DNA of 64,000 nucleotides from assembly GCA_963725885.1 (NCBI GenBank), contig CAVSAH010000003.1, forward strand, positions 129,697 through 193,696, in the 5' to 3' direction. Position 1 is the first letter of the stretch; each line of letters opens with the position of its first letter. Position numbers and translations under genes: made by a program. The DNA is from an uncultured Chloroflexia bacterium. GTDB lineage: Bacteria; Chloroflexota; Limnocylindria; QHBO01. This document shows positions 1 through 8,793 of this stretch, one piece after another. A model generated the notes under the pieces. That model saw nothing but the letters and a program-made list of their open reading frames with translations. It was not told where the DNA came from and searched no databases.

Positions 1-65
1 GGGCTCTCGACGGGCCGGGCCCCTCCGAGCGTGCGATCGAGCTGGCATCCACCCTCCGCTGGTTC

Positions 66-94
66 TTGACAGGCTTACGTAGTAAACCTAGACT
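66..94 (+). promoter_or_regulatory. Candidate sigma70-type promoter for the 142..648 gene
   Basis: TTGACA (66-71), 17-nt spacer, TAGACT (89-94). GGAGG at 124-128 precedes ATG 142. Sequence match only. Confidence 0.45.
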
Positions 95-120
95 GCGTGT
101 CCGATAGGCTTACATTGTAA
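71..120 (+). promoter_or_regulatory. Two copies of a 15-nt operator-like motif AGGCTTAC-N-T-N-GTAA, each containing a TTAC-N3-GTAA inverted repeat
   Basis: aggcttacgtagtaa (71-85, inside the -35/-10 spacer) and aggcttacattgtaa (106-120, just downstream of the -10). The copies are 13/15 identical and 35 nt apart. Confidence 0.4.
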
Positions 121-141
121 TCCGGAGGCGTCGGTCTCGAT

Positions 142-648
142 ATGCTCACCGCCCTGCTTGCCATCCTCGCCGCGCTGGCCATCGCTGCCACTGCGTTCGT
201 GATCGGGATGCGCGCGAAGTCGCCCCTCGTCCTCGGACCGATCGTGGCCCTGAGCCGGCGCGTGTTGAACCCGCGTCAGCTGCGACGAGCGGGCCAGCCG
301 GGTGCGTTCGCGTCGATCATCCGGCATCGCGGACGGCGCACCGGGCGGCTGTACGAGACCCCGGTCGGAGTGATACCCGACGGCGACGCGTTTCTCATCG
401 CTCTTGTCTACGGTCCGCGCACGCAGTGGCTGCGCAACGTCCTCGCAAGCGGCGAGGCGATCCTCGTGACCGAGGGCCGAACCTACCCGATGGGCCGGCC
501 TGAAGTCGTCTCGAGCCGCTCCGTGATTCACCGCTTCTCGCGCTCGGACCAGCTGGCCTTCCGGCTCATGGCGACGGACGACTGTCTGCGCCTGCACCGG
601 GCGGCCGGCGCCGCCGACACGACCGCCCTCGACGCCGCGGCGGCCTGA
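142..648 (+). CDS. Deazaflavin (F420)-dependent nitroreductase-family protein (DUF385 / PNPOx-like) with an N-terminal TM helix
   Basis: 168-aa ORF. A hydrophobic N-terminus is followed by IIRHRGRRTGRLYETPVGV...DGDAFLIALVYGPRTQWLRNVLASG, the pattern typical of the Ddn/DUF385 family. Confidence 0.65.
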   Translation: MLTALLAILAALAIAATAFVIGMRAKSPLVLGPIVALSRRVLNPRQLRRAGQPGAFASIIRHRGRRTGRLYETPVGVIPDGDAFLIALVYGPRTQWLRNVLASGEAILVTEGRTYPMGRPEVVSSRSVIHRFSRSDQLAFRLMATDDCLRLHRAAGAADTTALDAAAA

Positions 649-658
649 GGCCGCCCAA

Positions 659-1876
659 ATGCGCGCGATCACAGGGGTCGCACGGGACGCGCAGGGGGAC
701 TACGCTCCGCGTCTCATGCCGACGACGGACCGCATCACCCCGCTGCCCGGCCCGCCCGAGCCGTGGGCCTCGTCGGTGATGCCCGCGTTCCGAGGCAAGC
801 CTCCGTACCTGATGAGCGAGATGATCGCCGCCGAGCCGGCGCATGCGGAGCGGCTACTGCATCGGCTGGCCGACGACGAGGCCTTCACCGGCCTGTCCGA
901 TGCCGTCCGCGACGCCTGGTCGTCCGGCCGGCCGATCCTGGTCACCGGCTGTGGAACCAGCGAGCACGCCGCGATGGCCGTCGCCGCGCTGCTCAACGAG
1001 GCGCTCGAGGCGACGGCGGGGCAGGAGGTGCGGACCAGCCAGGCGCTCGAGACGCTGCGCCGGCCGTTGGCCGACGGGCTCCTCATCGCCATCTCGCACG
1101 AGGGCGGCACGAAGCTGACGAACGAGGCGATCTCGACCGCGCGCACCTCCGGCGCGCGCACCGCGCTGGTGACGGTGGGCGGAGGCTCGCCCGGTGCCGG
1201 CCTGGCTGAACTGGTCGTGACGACCGGGGAGCAGGACCAGAGCTGGTGCCACACCATCGGCTACCTGTCGCCGCTCCTCGTCGGCGTCGCACTGGCGGCA
1301 CGGCTGCGCGGCGCGAAGCCGGACATCGCGGCGGTTCGCGCCCTGCTGGACGTGACCGAGGACGCTCGCCCGGTGGCCGACGTCGCGGCGGCGCTGGGCG
1401 GCGTCGATCGCCTCCTGGTCGTGGGGACCGGGATCGATGTCGTGACTGCTCGGGAGCTCGCCCTCAAGGTCGCGGAGGGAGCGCGACTTCCGACCGCCGC
1501 ACACGAGCTCGAAACGCTGCTCCACGGGCATCTCGCCGCCGCCGACCGCTGGAGTGGACTGGTCCTCGTCGATACCGGCGAGATGCTCCCAATCGCCATC
1601 GAGCGTGCGGGCCGCGTGCTGTCGGCGGCCAGGGAGCTCCGACTGGCGGCGGCCGCGATCCTGTCCGAGGAGCGCGCCCAGCAGGTGCCGGCCGAGGAGA
1701 CACCCGGCGGGCGCATCGTGCTTCCCCACACTGGCCGCGTACCGGGAGTGGCCGGCTCGCTGCTCAGCGGCGCGATCGCGCTCCAGCTGCTGACCGAGCG
1801 GCTCGCGCGTGCCCGTGGGGTGAACCCCGACACGCTCGGCCGCGAGGACCCGGCGCAGGCCGCCGCGCACCGCTGA
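659..1876 (+). CDS. SIS-domain sugar-phosphate isomerase/aminotransferase-like protein (similar to the GlmS isomerase half)
   Basis: 405-aa ORF with two SIS-like halves (ILVTGCGTSEHAAMAVAALL and LLVVGTGIDVVTARELALKV). An alternative ATG start lies at 716. Confidence 0.65.
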   Translation: MRAITGVARDAQGDYAPRLMPTTDRITPLPGPPEPWASSVMPAFRGKPPYLMSEMIAAEPAHAERLLHRLADDEAFTGLSDAVRDAWSSGRPILVTGCGTSEHAAMAVAALLNEALEATAGQEVRTSQALETLRRPLADGLLIAISHEGGTKLTNEAISTARTSGARTALVTVGGGSPGAGLAELVVTTGEQDQSWCHTIGYLSPLLVGVALAARLRGAKPDIAAVRALLDVTEDARPVADVAAALGGVDRLLVVGTGIDVVTARELALKVAEGARLPTAAHELETLLHGHLAAADRWSGLVLVDTGEMLPIAIERAGRVLSAARELRLAAAAILSEERAQQVPAEETPGGRIVLPHTGRVPGVAGSLLSGAIALQLLTERLARARGVNPDTLGREDPAQAAAHR

Positions 1877-1883
1877 ACGGCGG

Positions 1884-2963
1884 CTAGCGCAGCAGGCCGG
1901 CAAGCCTCACGTAGAAGCGCAGGTTGTGCAGCGTCGCGAGGCGCTCCGCGGACGTGTCGCCGACCTTGAAGAGGTGATGCAGGTACGCCCGCGTGTGGCG
2001 AGTGCAGGTAGGGCAGTCGCAGCCGTCTTCGACCGGCGCGTGGTCGATGCGGTACTCCGGATCGTGGAGCCGCAGGGCACGGTAGAAGTCGTCGCCGGGC
2101 GACGGACGCCGATTGCCCCACCCGTCCCGGAACGCGTACAGGCGTCCGTGGCGCGCGTCGCGGGTCGGGAGGGCGCAGTCGAAGACCGAGTACCCCAGCG
2201 CGTGGGCCGCCACGACGTGGTCTGGGCGCCCGATCCCGAGCCCATGCTTCGGCACCGCTGCCGGGAGCGACTCCGCCACCCAGCGCAGCGGATCGGCCAG
2301 AAGCGAGCCGTCCGCGGCCAGCGGCCATCCGCCGAACCCGTAGCCATCGAAGCCGATCTCGGCCAGCGCCGCGGCGCACTGCCTGCGCAATGCCTCCACC
2401 CCGCCGCCCTGGACCACCGCAAAGATCAGCGGCGGCTCGGCGCGCTTCCGCTGGGCCATCTGACGATCGAGCTCGTCGCGGCAGCGGCGAGCCCAGCGGA
2501 CCGTGCGCTCGACCGAGCGCTCCTGCTCGGACTCCGGCGCGTCCGCATCGGTGCAGTCGTCCAGGCAGACCACGATGTCCGACCCGAGCTGAAGCTGAAG
2601 GCGGACCACCCGTTCGGGCGTCAGGGTCCATTTCTCGCCGGTCGACGGCTCGCGGAAGATGACCTCGTTGTCGCGGATGACGCCGCGCGCCGGATCCTGG
2701 CGGATGAGGCTCCACACCTGGAAGCCACCCGAGTCGCTCAGGATCGGCCCGGTCCAGTCCATGAACCGATGCACGCCGCCGGCCGACTGGATCACCCTGG
2801 CTCCCGGACGGCGCAGAAGGTGGAAGGCGTTGACGACGACTCCCTCGACGCCGACGCCGCGCAGGTCCTCGCTGCTCACGCCGCGGACGCCCGCACGCGT
2901 CGCGTCGGGCAGGAACGTCGGCACCGGGAGCGTCCCGCGGCGCGAGGCGAGCGGCTCAACCAT
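1884..2963 (-). CDS. tgt: tRNA-guanine transglycosylase (queuine tRNA-ribosyltransferase)
   Basis: TGT motifs LSDSGGFQVWSL, GSDIVVCLDDC, VVQGG, LGIGRPDHV and FDCALPTRDARHG, plus the Zn site CDCPTCTRHTRAYLHHL. The start overlaps the upstream gene by 8 nt. Confidence 0.85.
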   Translation of the reverse strand: MVEPLASRRGTLPVPTFLPDATRAGVRGVSSEDLRGVGVEGVVVNAFHLLRRPGARVIQSAGGVHRFMDWTGPILSDSGGFQVWSLIRQDPARGVIRDNEVIFREPSTGEKWTLTPERVVRLQLQLGSDIVVCLDDCTDADAPESEQERSVERTVRWARRCRDELDRQMAQRKRAEPPLIFAVVQGGGVEALRRQCAAALAEIGFDGYGFGGWPLAADGSLLADPLRWVAESLPAAVPKHGLGIGRPDHVVAAHALGYSVFDCALPTRDARHGRLYAFRDGWGNRRPSPGDDFYRALRLHDPEYRIDHAPVEDGCDCPTCTRHTRAYLHHLFKVGDTSAERLATLHNLRFYVRLAGLLR

Positions 2964-3759
2964 GGGACGGATCGAGCGTCAGCACGAAGACGAGCTCGTT
3001 CGCGACCGAGGCCTCCTCCACGTCACTGACGCGCGCGGCGTCGGCCACGAGCCGATCCAGCCGGCGCCGATACGTCGGCTCCATGCCACCGCGACGCCCG
3101 CTCAGGGATCGCGTCGTGAAGCTCACGACGGCGTGGGCCACGTCGAGACCGCGCAGGAGGCGTGCGGCCGCATCGGGATCCTGGCGATCCAGGGTCGTGA
3201 CGAGCTTGAGGAGCAGCGCGACATCCGCGCGGTGGGTCGGAGCCTCTGCCACGAGGTCCGATGCAACGACCTCGTGCGGGTGGCCGACAAGGTCGAGGAA
3301 GCCGCGCACCGCCGCCAGCGGCCGCTCGTCCGCGTCGATCGCGACGTAGGCAGCGTCCGGCGCGAGGGCCATCCATGGCAGTGCCAGCGGGTTGAGGCCA
3401 CAGCCGAGGTCGAGCACCGAGGTCGGGACACCGGTGGTCGACCAGATGCCCGAGTAGAAGCGGTCCAGATGCCCGCTGCGCTCTCGCGTCGAGGCATGGG
3501 AGCGCATGGCGTCCCGGCAGGCGGCGCGAAAGTCCGGGTCGTCGAGATCGTCACGCCAGGCTGCGGCGAGCGCCGGCGGTGGAGAGGAGCCCCGGAAGGC
3601 ACCGACCGCCTGGTGCAGCCGGCGCTTCACCCGCTTCACGGCCTCGTCGCCGTTGCGCGACTTCGGCAGCTCCTCGGTGGCAAGGCGCTCGACGAGGGCG
3701 GCGTCCACGTCGCGGTAGCGCGCCGAGCGGCGGATGCGCTCGACGATGTCGGCCGTCAT
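2956..3759 (-). CDS. FmrO-family 16S rRNA (guanine1405-N7)-methyltransferase (Sgm/KgmB/RmtB/ArmA type)
   Basis: 267 aa from ATG 3759. It is collinear with my recollection of Sgm/Kgm: RYRDV, AVKRVKRRLHQAVGAF, MRSHASTRER..HLDRFY, LDLGCGLNPLALPWM, AIDAD, ADVALLLK, VVSFTTRSLSGRRGGM, NELVFVL. Its ATG overlaps the rsmI stop as ATGA (3756-3759). Confidence 0.8.
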   Translation of the reverse strand: MTADIVERIRRSARYRDVDAALVERLATEELPKSRNGDEAVKRVKRRLHQAVGAFRGSSPPPALAAAWRDDLDDPDFRAACRDAMRSHASTRERSGHLDRFYSGIWSTTGVPTSVLDLGCGLNPLALPWMALAPDAAYVAIDADERPLAAVRGFLDLVGHPHEVVASDLVAEAPTHRADVALLLKLVTTLDRQDPDAAARLLRGLDVAHAVVSFTTRSLSGRRGGMEPTYRRRLDRLVADAARVSDVEEASVANELVFVLTLDPSHG

Positions 3760-4584
3760 CGGTCGCGGAGGCGCAGCACGAGGGCGTAGGCGTCGCGCTT
3801 CGAGAGCCCGTGCCGGCGCTGGACGAGCTCCTGCACCGCGCGGGCCGGGGCGCCGTGCTCGAGCAGGAGGCCGGCATCGGCCTCCGCCAGCTTCGATCGC
3901 CGGTGTCGGAGGCGATCCGCCGATGACCAGCGTGGCCTCGCCGCGAACCTCTCCCTCGGCCTCGAGCGCCGCGAGCAGCTCGGAGAGCCTGCCGCGCTGG
4001 TACCGCTCGTGGGGCTTGGTCAGGTTGCGCGCCAGGCAGGCCGGCCGGTCGCCGAGCACGGCCAGCGCATCGCGGACGGCCGCGGCGAGCCGGTGCGGCG
4101 CCTCGAAGGCGACCAGCGTGGCGTCGAGGCCGGCGACCTGCTCCAGCGCCGCTCGCCGCGGGCCGGCCGCCCGCGGCAGGAACCCGATGAAGTGGAACGG
4201 GTGGGGCGGCAGGCCCGAACCGACGAGGGCCGTGACGACCGCCGAGGGTCCGGGGACGGCGGTCACGGCGATCCCCGCGTCGATTGCGGCACGCACCAGC
4301 CGGAAGCCGGGGTCGGAGACGAGCGGCGTGCCCGCATCGGTCACGAGCGCAACGTCGTCGCCGGACCGGAGCCGGCCGAGGAGCTCCGAGGTGCGTGCCC
4401 CCTCGTTATGGTCGTGGTAGCTCACGGCGCGGACGCGGAGCCCGTGGTGCCGAGACAGGGTCGCGAAGTGCCGCGTGTCCTCGACCGCCACCACCGCCGC
4501 CGCAGCGAGCGTGTCACGCGCACGCGTGCCGAGGTCATCGAGGTTGCCGATGGGGACGGCCACGAGGTGAAGCGTGCCGGTCAC
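3756..4584 (-). pseudogene. rsmI: 16S rRNA (cytidine1402-2'-O)-methyltransferase RsmI, with one frameshift as sequenced
   Basis: The N-terminal part (LHLVAVPIGNLDDLGTRARDTL, VEDTR, LVTDAGTPLVSDPG, VPGPSA, AFEAPHR) lies in the frame of the 542-aa ORF. The conserved C-terminus (SKLAEADAGLLLEHGAPARAVQELVQRRHGLSKRDAYALVLRLRDR*) lies in another frame and ends at TGA 3756-3758. The span is 829 nt (3n+1). The shift lies somewhere in about 3870-3930. Confidence 0.75.
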
Positions 4585-4608
4585 GCTTGCAGCCTAGCAG
4601 GCGCCGGC

Positions 4609-4624
4609 GTATATACGTATATAC
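4609..4624. promoter_or_regulatory. Perfect 16-bp AT-rich palindrome GTATATACGTATATAC in the rsmI / formimidoyltransferase divergent intergenic region
   Basis: Read directly from the sequence. It is two abutting GTATATAC octamers, each matching the GT-N-TA-N-AC form, in a 90-bp intergenic region of a ~70% GC genome. Confidence 0.5.
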
Positions 4625-4674
4625 CGAGACGGCCGCTCACCGACCGCAAGCGGGGCGGTACGATCACCGGGCCC

Positions 4675-5589
4675 ATGCCCGGCCTGATCGAGTGCGTTCC
4701 GAACTTCAGCGAGGGCCGCCGCGCCGAGGTGGTCGAGGAGATCGTGCGCGCCATCGGCCAGATCGACGGCGTGACGGTCCTCGACCACTCCCGCGACGAG
4801 ACCCACAACCGCAGCGTCGTGACGTTTGCAGGCAGCGCCGAGCCGGTCGTCCGTGCGGCGACCGCGGGCGTGGGACGCGCGCTGGAGCTGATCGACATGG
4901 AGCACCACGACGGTGCCCATCCGCGAATCGGCGCCGTCGACGTCATCCCCTTCGTCCCGCTGGGCGGGGCCACCCTCGACGAGTGCGTCGACCTCGCGCG
5001 ACGCTTCGGCGAGCAGATCGCGGCCCGCTTCGAGATGCCGGTCTACCTCTACGGCGCGGCCGCGGTGCGGCCCGAGCGCACGCGCCTGGCGGACGTCCGT
5101 CGCGGCCAGTACGAGGCGATCCGCGACGAGATCGGATCCGACCCGTCACGCGCACCGGACTTCGGGCCGAGCAGGACCCATCCGCGTGGTGGCGCGGTGG
5201 CGGTGGGCGCCCGCAAGCCCCTGATCGCGTTCAACATCAACCTTGCAACCGACGACCTCAGCGTCGCGCGACGCATCGCGGCCACGATCCGGGAGTCGTC
5301 CGGCGGCCTTCCCGCGGTGCAGGCCATGGGGATCCTGCTCGAGAACCCGGGGATGCCCAGCATGGCCCAGGTGAGCATGAACCTCGTCGACTGGGAGAGG
5401 ACCGGGATCGCGACTGTCGTGCACGAGGTTCGGCGGCTGGCGCGCGAGGCCGGCACGGACATCGACCACTGCGAGCTGATCGGTCTCGCGCCCGCCGGGG
5501 CGCTGCTCGAGGTCGCCGCCGACGCGCTCGGACTGCGGCACTTCACGCCAGAGCAGGCCCTGGAGCTGCGCCTCGCCCGCGACCGATAG
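4675..5589 (+). CDS. Glutamate formimidoyltransferase (FtcD N-terminal-domain type)
   Basis: 304 aa from ATG 4675. Motifs: MPGLIECVPNFSEGRR, NRSVVTF, HPRIGAVDVIPFVPL, AFNINL, and a C-terminal subdomain with CELIGLAP. Confidence 0.8.
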   Translation: MPGLIECVPNFSEGRRAEVVEEIVRAIGQIDGVTVLDHSRDETHNRSVVTFAGSAEPVVRAATAGVGRALELIDMEHHDGAHPRIGAVDVIPFVPLGGATLDECVDLARRFGEQIAARFEMPVYLYGAAAVRPERTRLADVRRGQYEAIRDEIGSDPSRAPDFGPSRTHPRGGAVAVGARKPLIAFNINLATDDLSVARRIAATIRESSGGLPAVQAMGILLENPGMPSMAQVSMNLVDWERTGIATVVHEVRRLAREAGTDIDHCELIGLAPAGALLEVAADALGLRHFTPEQALELRLARDR

Positions 5590-5614
5590 CCTCCGCCGCT
5601 ACACTCCACCGCCC

Positions 5615-7269
5615 ATGAGCCTCCGCCTCGAGATCACCCGCTCGATCGCCGCTGCCCGGGACCGCGCGATCGCGGATGGCACGTTGACGCTCGCCGATGG
5701 AGCGAGCCTGCCGCCGGTCGGCATCGAGCGTCCGGCCAATCCCGACCATGGCGACTGGGCGTCGAACGCGGCCATGCAGCTCGCGCCCGTGCTGCGCGCG
5801 GCTCCGATGCGCATCGCCGAGGCCATCCGCGAGCACTTCGATCCGCCGGCCCCGGTGGCCGAGCTGGCGGTGGCGGCACCGGGGTTCCTCAACTTCCGCC
5901 TCGATCCCGAGTGGGTCGGGGCACAGGTCGGCCCAGTTCGCGCCGCCGGCCCGAGCTACGGCCGGATCAGCGGCGGTGGCCGGCGCATCAACGTCGAGTT
6001 CGTCAGCGCCAACCCGACCGGGCCGCTCCACGTCGGGAACGCTCGCGGCGCGTTCGTCGGAGACGTGCTGAGCCGCGTCCTGGCCGCGGCCGGCCACGAC
6101 GTCACGCGCGAGTACTACTTCAACGACTTCGGCGGCCAGGTGAAGGCGCTCGGCGCATCGGTCCGGGCGCTCCGGACGGGCCGGCCGATTCCCGAGGACG
6201 GATATCGCGGCGACTACGTGAAGGAGATGGCCGCGTCGGTGCCGGCAGAGGTCGTCCAGGCCGCGGAGGCGGCCGAGGGTGACGAGGCGGACTGGGTCTA
6301 CGGGCGATGGGCGTCGGAGCTGCAACGGGCCGGCATCGAGTCGAGCCTGGCGGCCCTGGGCGTCGCGTTCGACGTGTGGAAGACCGAGTCGTCGGTCCAC
6401 GACGAGGGCTGGGTGGAGCGTGGCGTTCCGCGCTCCGTGACGCGGGCCACGTGTACGAGGACGATGGCGCGACCTGGTTCCGGGCGACGGCGTTCGGCGA
6501 GGACCAGGACCGCGTGATCTATCGGTCCAACGGCCAGCCGACGTACTTCGCCGGCCGACATCGGCTACGTCAGCGAGAAGTTCAGCCGCGGGCTTCGACG
6601 AGCTGATCTACGTGTGGGGTGAGAACCATCACGGGGCGATCGCACGACTGATGCCACGCCTCGGAGGCGCTCGGCCACGACCCGAAAGCCGTCCGCATCC
6701 TCCTCTACTCGTGGGTCCGTTTCGTGCGCGATGGCACGGCGGTGAGCATGAGCAAGCGGTCGGGCGAGTTCATCGAGCTCGACGACCTCATGCGCGAGGT
6801 CGGGACCGATGCTGTCCGCTGGTTCTTCAGCTCCCGCGCCTTCACCAGCGGCATCGACTTCGACCTCGAGCTCGCCAAGCGCCAGAGCAACGAGAACCCC
6901 GTGTACTACGTGCAGTACGCACATGCCCGTGCGTGCTCGATCCTCCAGCACGCAGCCGATGTCGGCCTCGCGGCCGATGACGCGCGCACCGGCGAGCTCC
7001 TCAGCCATCCGGCCGAGCAGGCGCTCATCCGCGAGCTGCTCGACTTCCCGGACATGGTCGCGGCCGCTGCCGACCGGCGCGAGACGCACGAGGTCCCGCG
7101 CCACGCGTACGAGGTGGCAACGGCCTTCAGCGCGTTCTACCGCGACTGCAAGGTGCTCAGCGACGACGAGGCCCTGTCGTCGGCGCGCCTCTCGCTGGTC
7201 GACGCCACGCGAGTCGTTATCGCCAACGCGCTCGACCTCCTCGGGATCTCCGCACCCGAGTCCATGTAG
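5615..7269 (+). pseudogene. argS: Arginine--tRNA ligase, reading frame broken four times as sequenced (probably consensus indels)
   Basis: ANPTGPLHVGNARGA (HIGH region) and SMSKRSGEF (KMSKS), with a C-terminal anticodon-binding domain ending in M. The conserved sequence continues across frames at about 6428 (-1), 6552, 6590 and 6658 (+1 each). The span is 1655 nt (3n+2). Confidence 0.9.
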
Positions 7270-7281
7270 CGACCTGGGCGG

Positions 7282-8578
7282 TCAGTCCGCCGCGTCGATC
7301 GTCCGCTGGAGAAGGTCGTCGCTCGAGGCGTGCGCGACCAGCACCTCGCCGTCGGCCAGGTCCATGACGGCGGCGGGGAACGGAAGCTGCTCGAGGATGC
7401 CGGTGTATGCCGTGACGAACTCGGTGGCGTCGGCCTCGGAGTCCCACGACAGACGCCACGCCACCGCGAACTCCTCGTCCGGGCCTCTGGCAACCGTCAC
7501 GCGGTCACCGCCCCATCCGCGACCGGCCTCGCGCGCGCCGGCGATGCCGAGCCCGTGGTACTCGAGCATGAACCCGATCATCGCCTGACCCAGCGTAGTG
7601 GTCTCCACCGAGCTCCAGCCCTCGCCCAGCGACGCGGCGAGATCGACGACCTCGACCTCGACCGGCAGCTCGCGAGGATCCCACTTGGCGAGATCGGTGA
7701 TCTGCTCGGTCGAGTCGGGCGGCGCGGCGAAGGCGGCGTCGATCGGTCCGAAGTCCGGGGCAGCGATGGGGTTTCCCACCAGGGCGCTCGCCCACTCGAG
7801 GCCGTCCGATGTACGGGTACTGGAGCTGGGCGGCCATCCAGCTCGGGATCCCGGTCATGTCCGGCACCTGGGTCGGCGTCGCGATGCCGATGAGTTCCTC
7901 CGGCGTCAGGTTGGCGAAGGCCCAGGCGAACATCGTCACAGACGCATCACCCTCGAGGAGCGAGGTGCGTGCCAGCGAACGGTCGTCCTCCCCCTCAGCA
8001 TCGGTCTCGAGCGAGTCGATATCGAAAGCGGCGTCCTGGAGCGCATGGGCGTATTCGTGGGCGTAGTACATCTGCGCCTCGGCATCGAACTCGCCCTCGA
8101 CAACGACCACCATCCGCTGATCATCGTCGTCATAGAAACCGAGAACCTGCTCGCCGAGCAGCTGGAGCTGGAGCTCGGCCGCGTCCTCATCAGGGCCGAG
8201 CAGGCCGAGGGCCCTGAGCGCGAACGTGTCCTGCTCGCGCTCCTCCGGCGGGTAGTCCTCGTCGAAGATCCGTTCCAGCTCAACGACCAGCTCGTCCCGG
8301 CTGATCAGATCCGGGGCACCGATGTCGGCGGGCGGCAGGCCGCGGATCGCCACGACCTCGGCCTCGATCTCCCGGATCGTGGCGAGCAGCTCGTCGTCCG
8401 CCGCGACCGAACCGCTCGGGCCTGGCGCCTGGGCGGTGGGTGACGCCGTCGGATCGACGCTCGCGGACGGCACCGGTCCGCCACCGATGCCGTCGGGAAG
8501 GCTCACCGCAACCACGGCGATGCCGACGACGACGAGCACGGCCACGCTGATCGCGATGAGGCGTTGGCGAGAGGACAT
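7282..8578 (-). pseudogene. Membrane-anchored putative zinc metalloprotease (HEYAH), with one frameshift as sequenced
   Basis: An N-terminal TM helix (LIAISVAVLVVVGIAVVAV) and an HExxH motif (YAHEYAHALQD). The reading continues ...YPYI / DGLEWASALVGNPIAAPDF across a shift at about 7808. The span is 1297 nt (3n+1). Confidence 0.55.
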
Positions 8579-8723
8579 CGGGGCATTCTGCCATCCCGCC
8601 ACGGGACCGCCGCCGAACGTTCAGGTTTCTTAAGACCCCGCAAGCCACCGATTCACGAGGCGTCGGTAGCCTTCGGCGGGCGAGATGGAGATCTCACGAT
8701 CTCTGCCTCCACCCTCCCTCCTT

Positions 8724-8759
8724 CGAGCCCCGGTGTCATTGGGCGGGCACCGGGGCTCG
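8724..8759. other. Perfect 12-bp inverted repeat (stem-loop or operator) upstream of the MBL-fold gene
   Basis: cgagccccggtg (8724-8735), a 12-nt spacer, then caccggggctcg (8748-8759). It ends 35 nt before ATG 8794 and has no following U-tract. Confidence 0.4.
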
Positions 8760-8793
8760 TGCTATCCGGCGATCGACTACCATCGCCGCACCC

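Noticed and set aside
854-2715. Long antisense or alternative-frame ORFs throughout the window, for example 854..1903(-), 1261..2715(-), 12280..13287(-), 20071..21699(+), 42855..43889(+), 55787..57316(+) and 62607..63551(+).
   Set aside because: They overlap genes with clear conserved motifs on the other strand or frame. Their translations are Arg/Pro/Gly/Ala-rich low-complexity sequence, which is typical of stop-codon-poor non-coding frames in DNA of about 70% GC.
2956-4584. A 542-aa single ORF that looks like an RsmI::16S-RMTase fusion protein.
   Set aside because: The linker (…GGGRCRPPARARRPGPRGAGARPAPARALEARRLRPRAAPPRP…) has the Arg/Pro/Ala-rich look of out-of-frame high-GC translation. 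A conserved RsmI C-terminus exists in another frame and stops at TGA 3756-3758, overlapping the methyltransferase ATG as ATGA. The rsmI span is 3n+1. Two genes plus one indel explains the data better than a fusion does.
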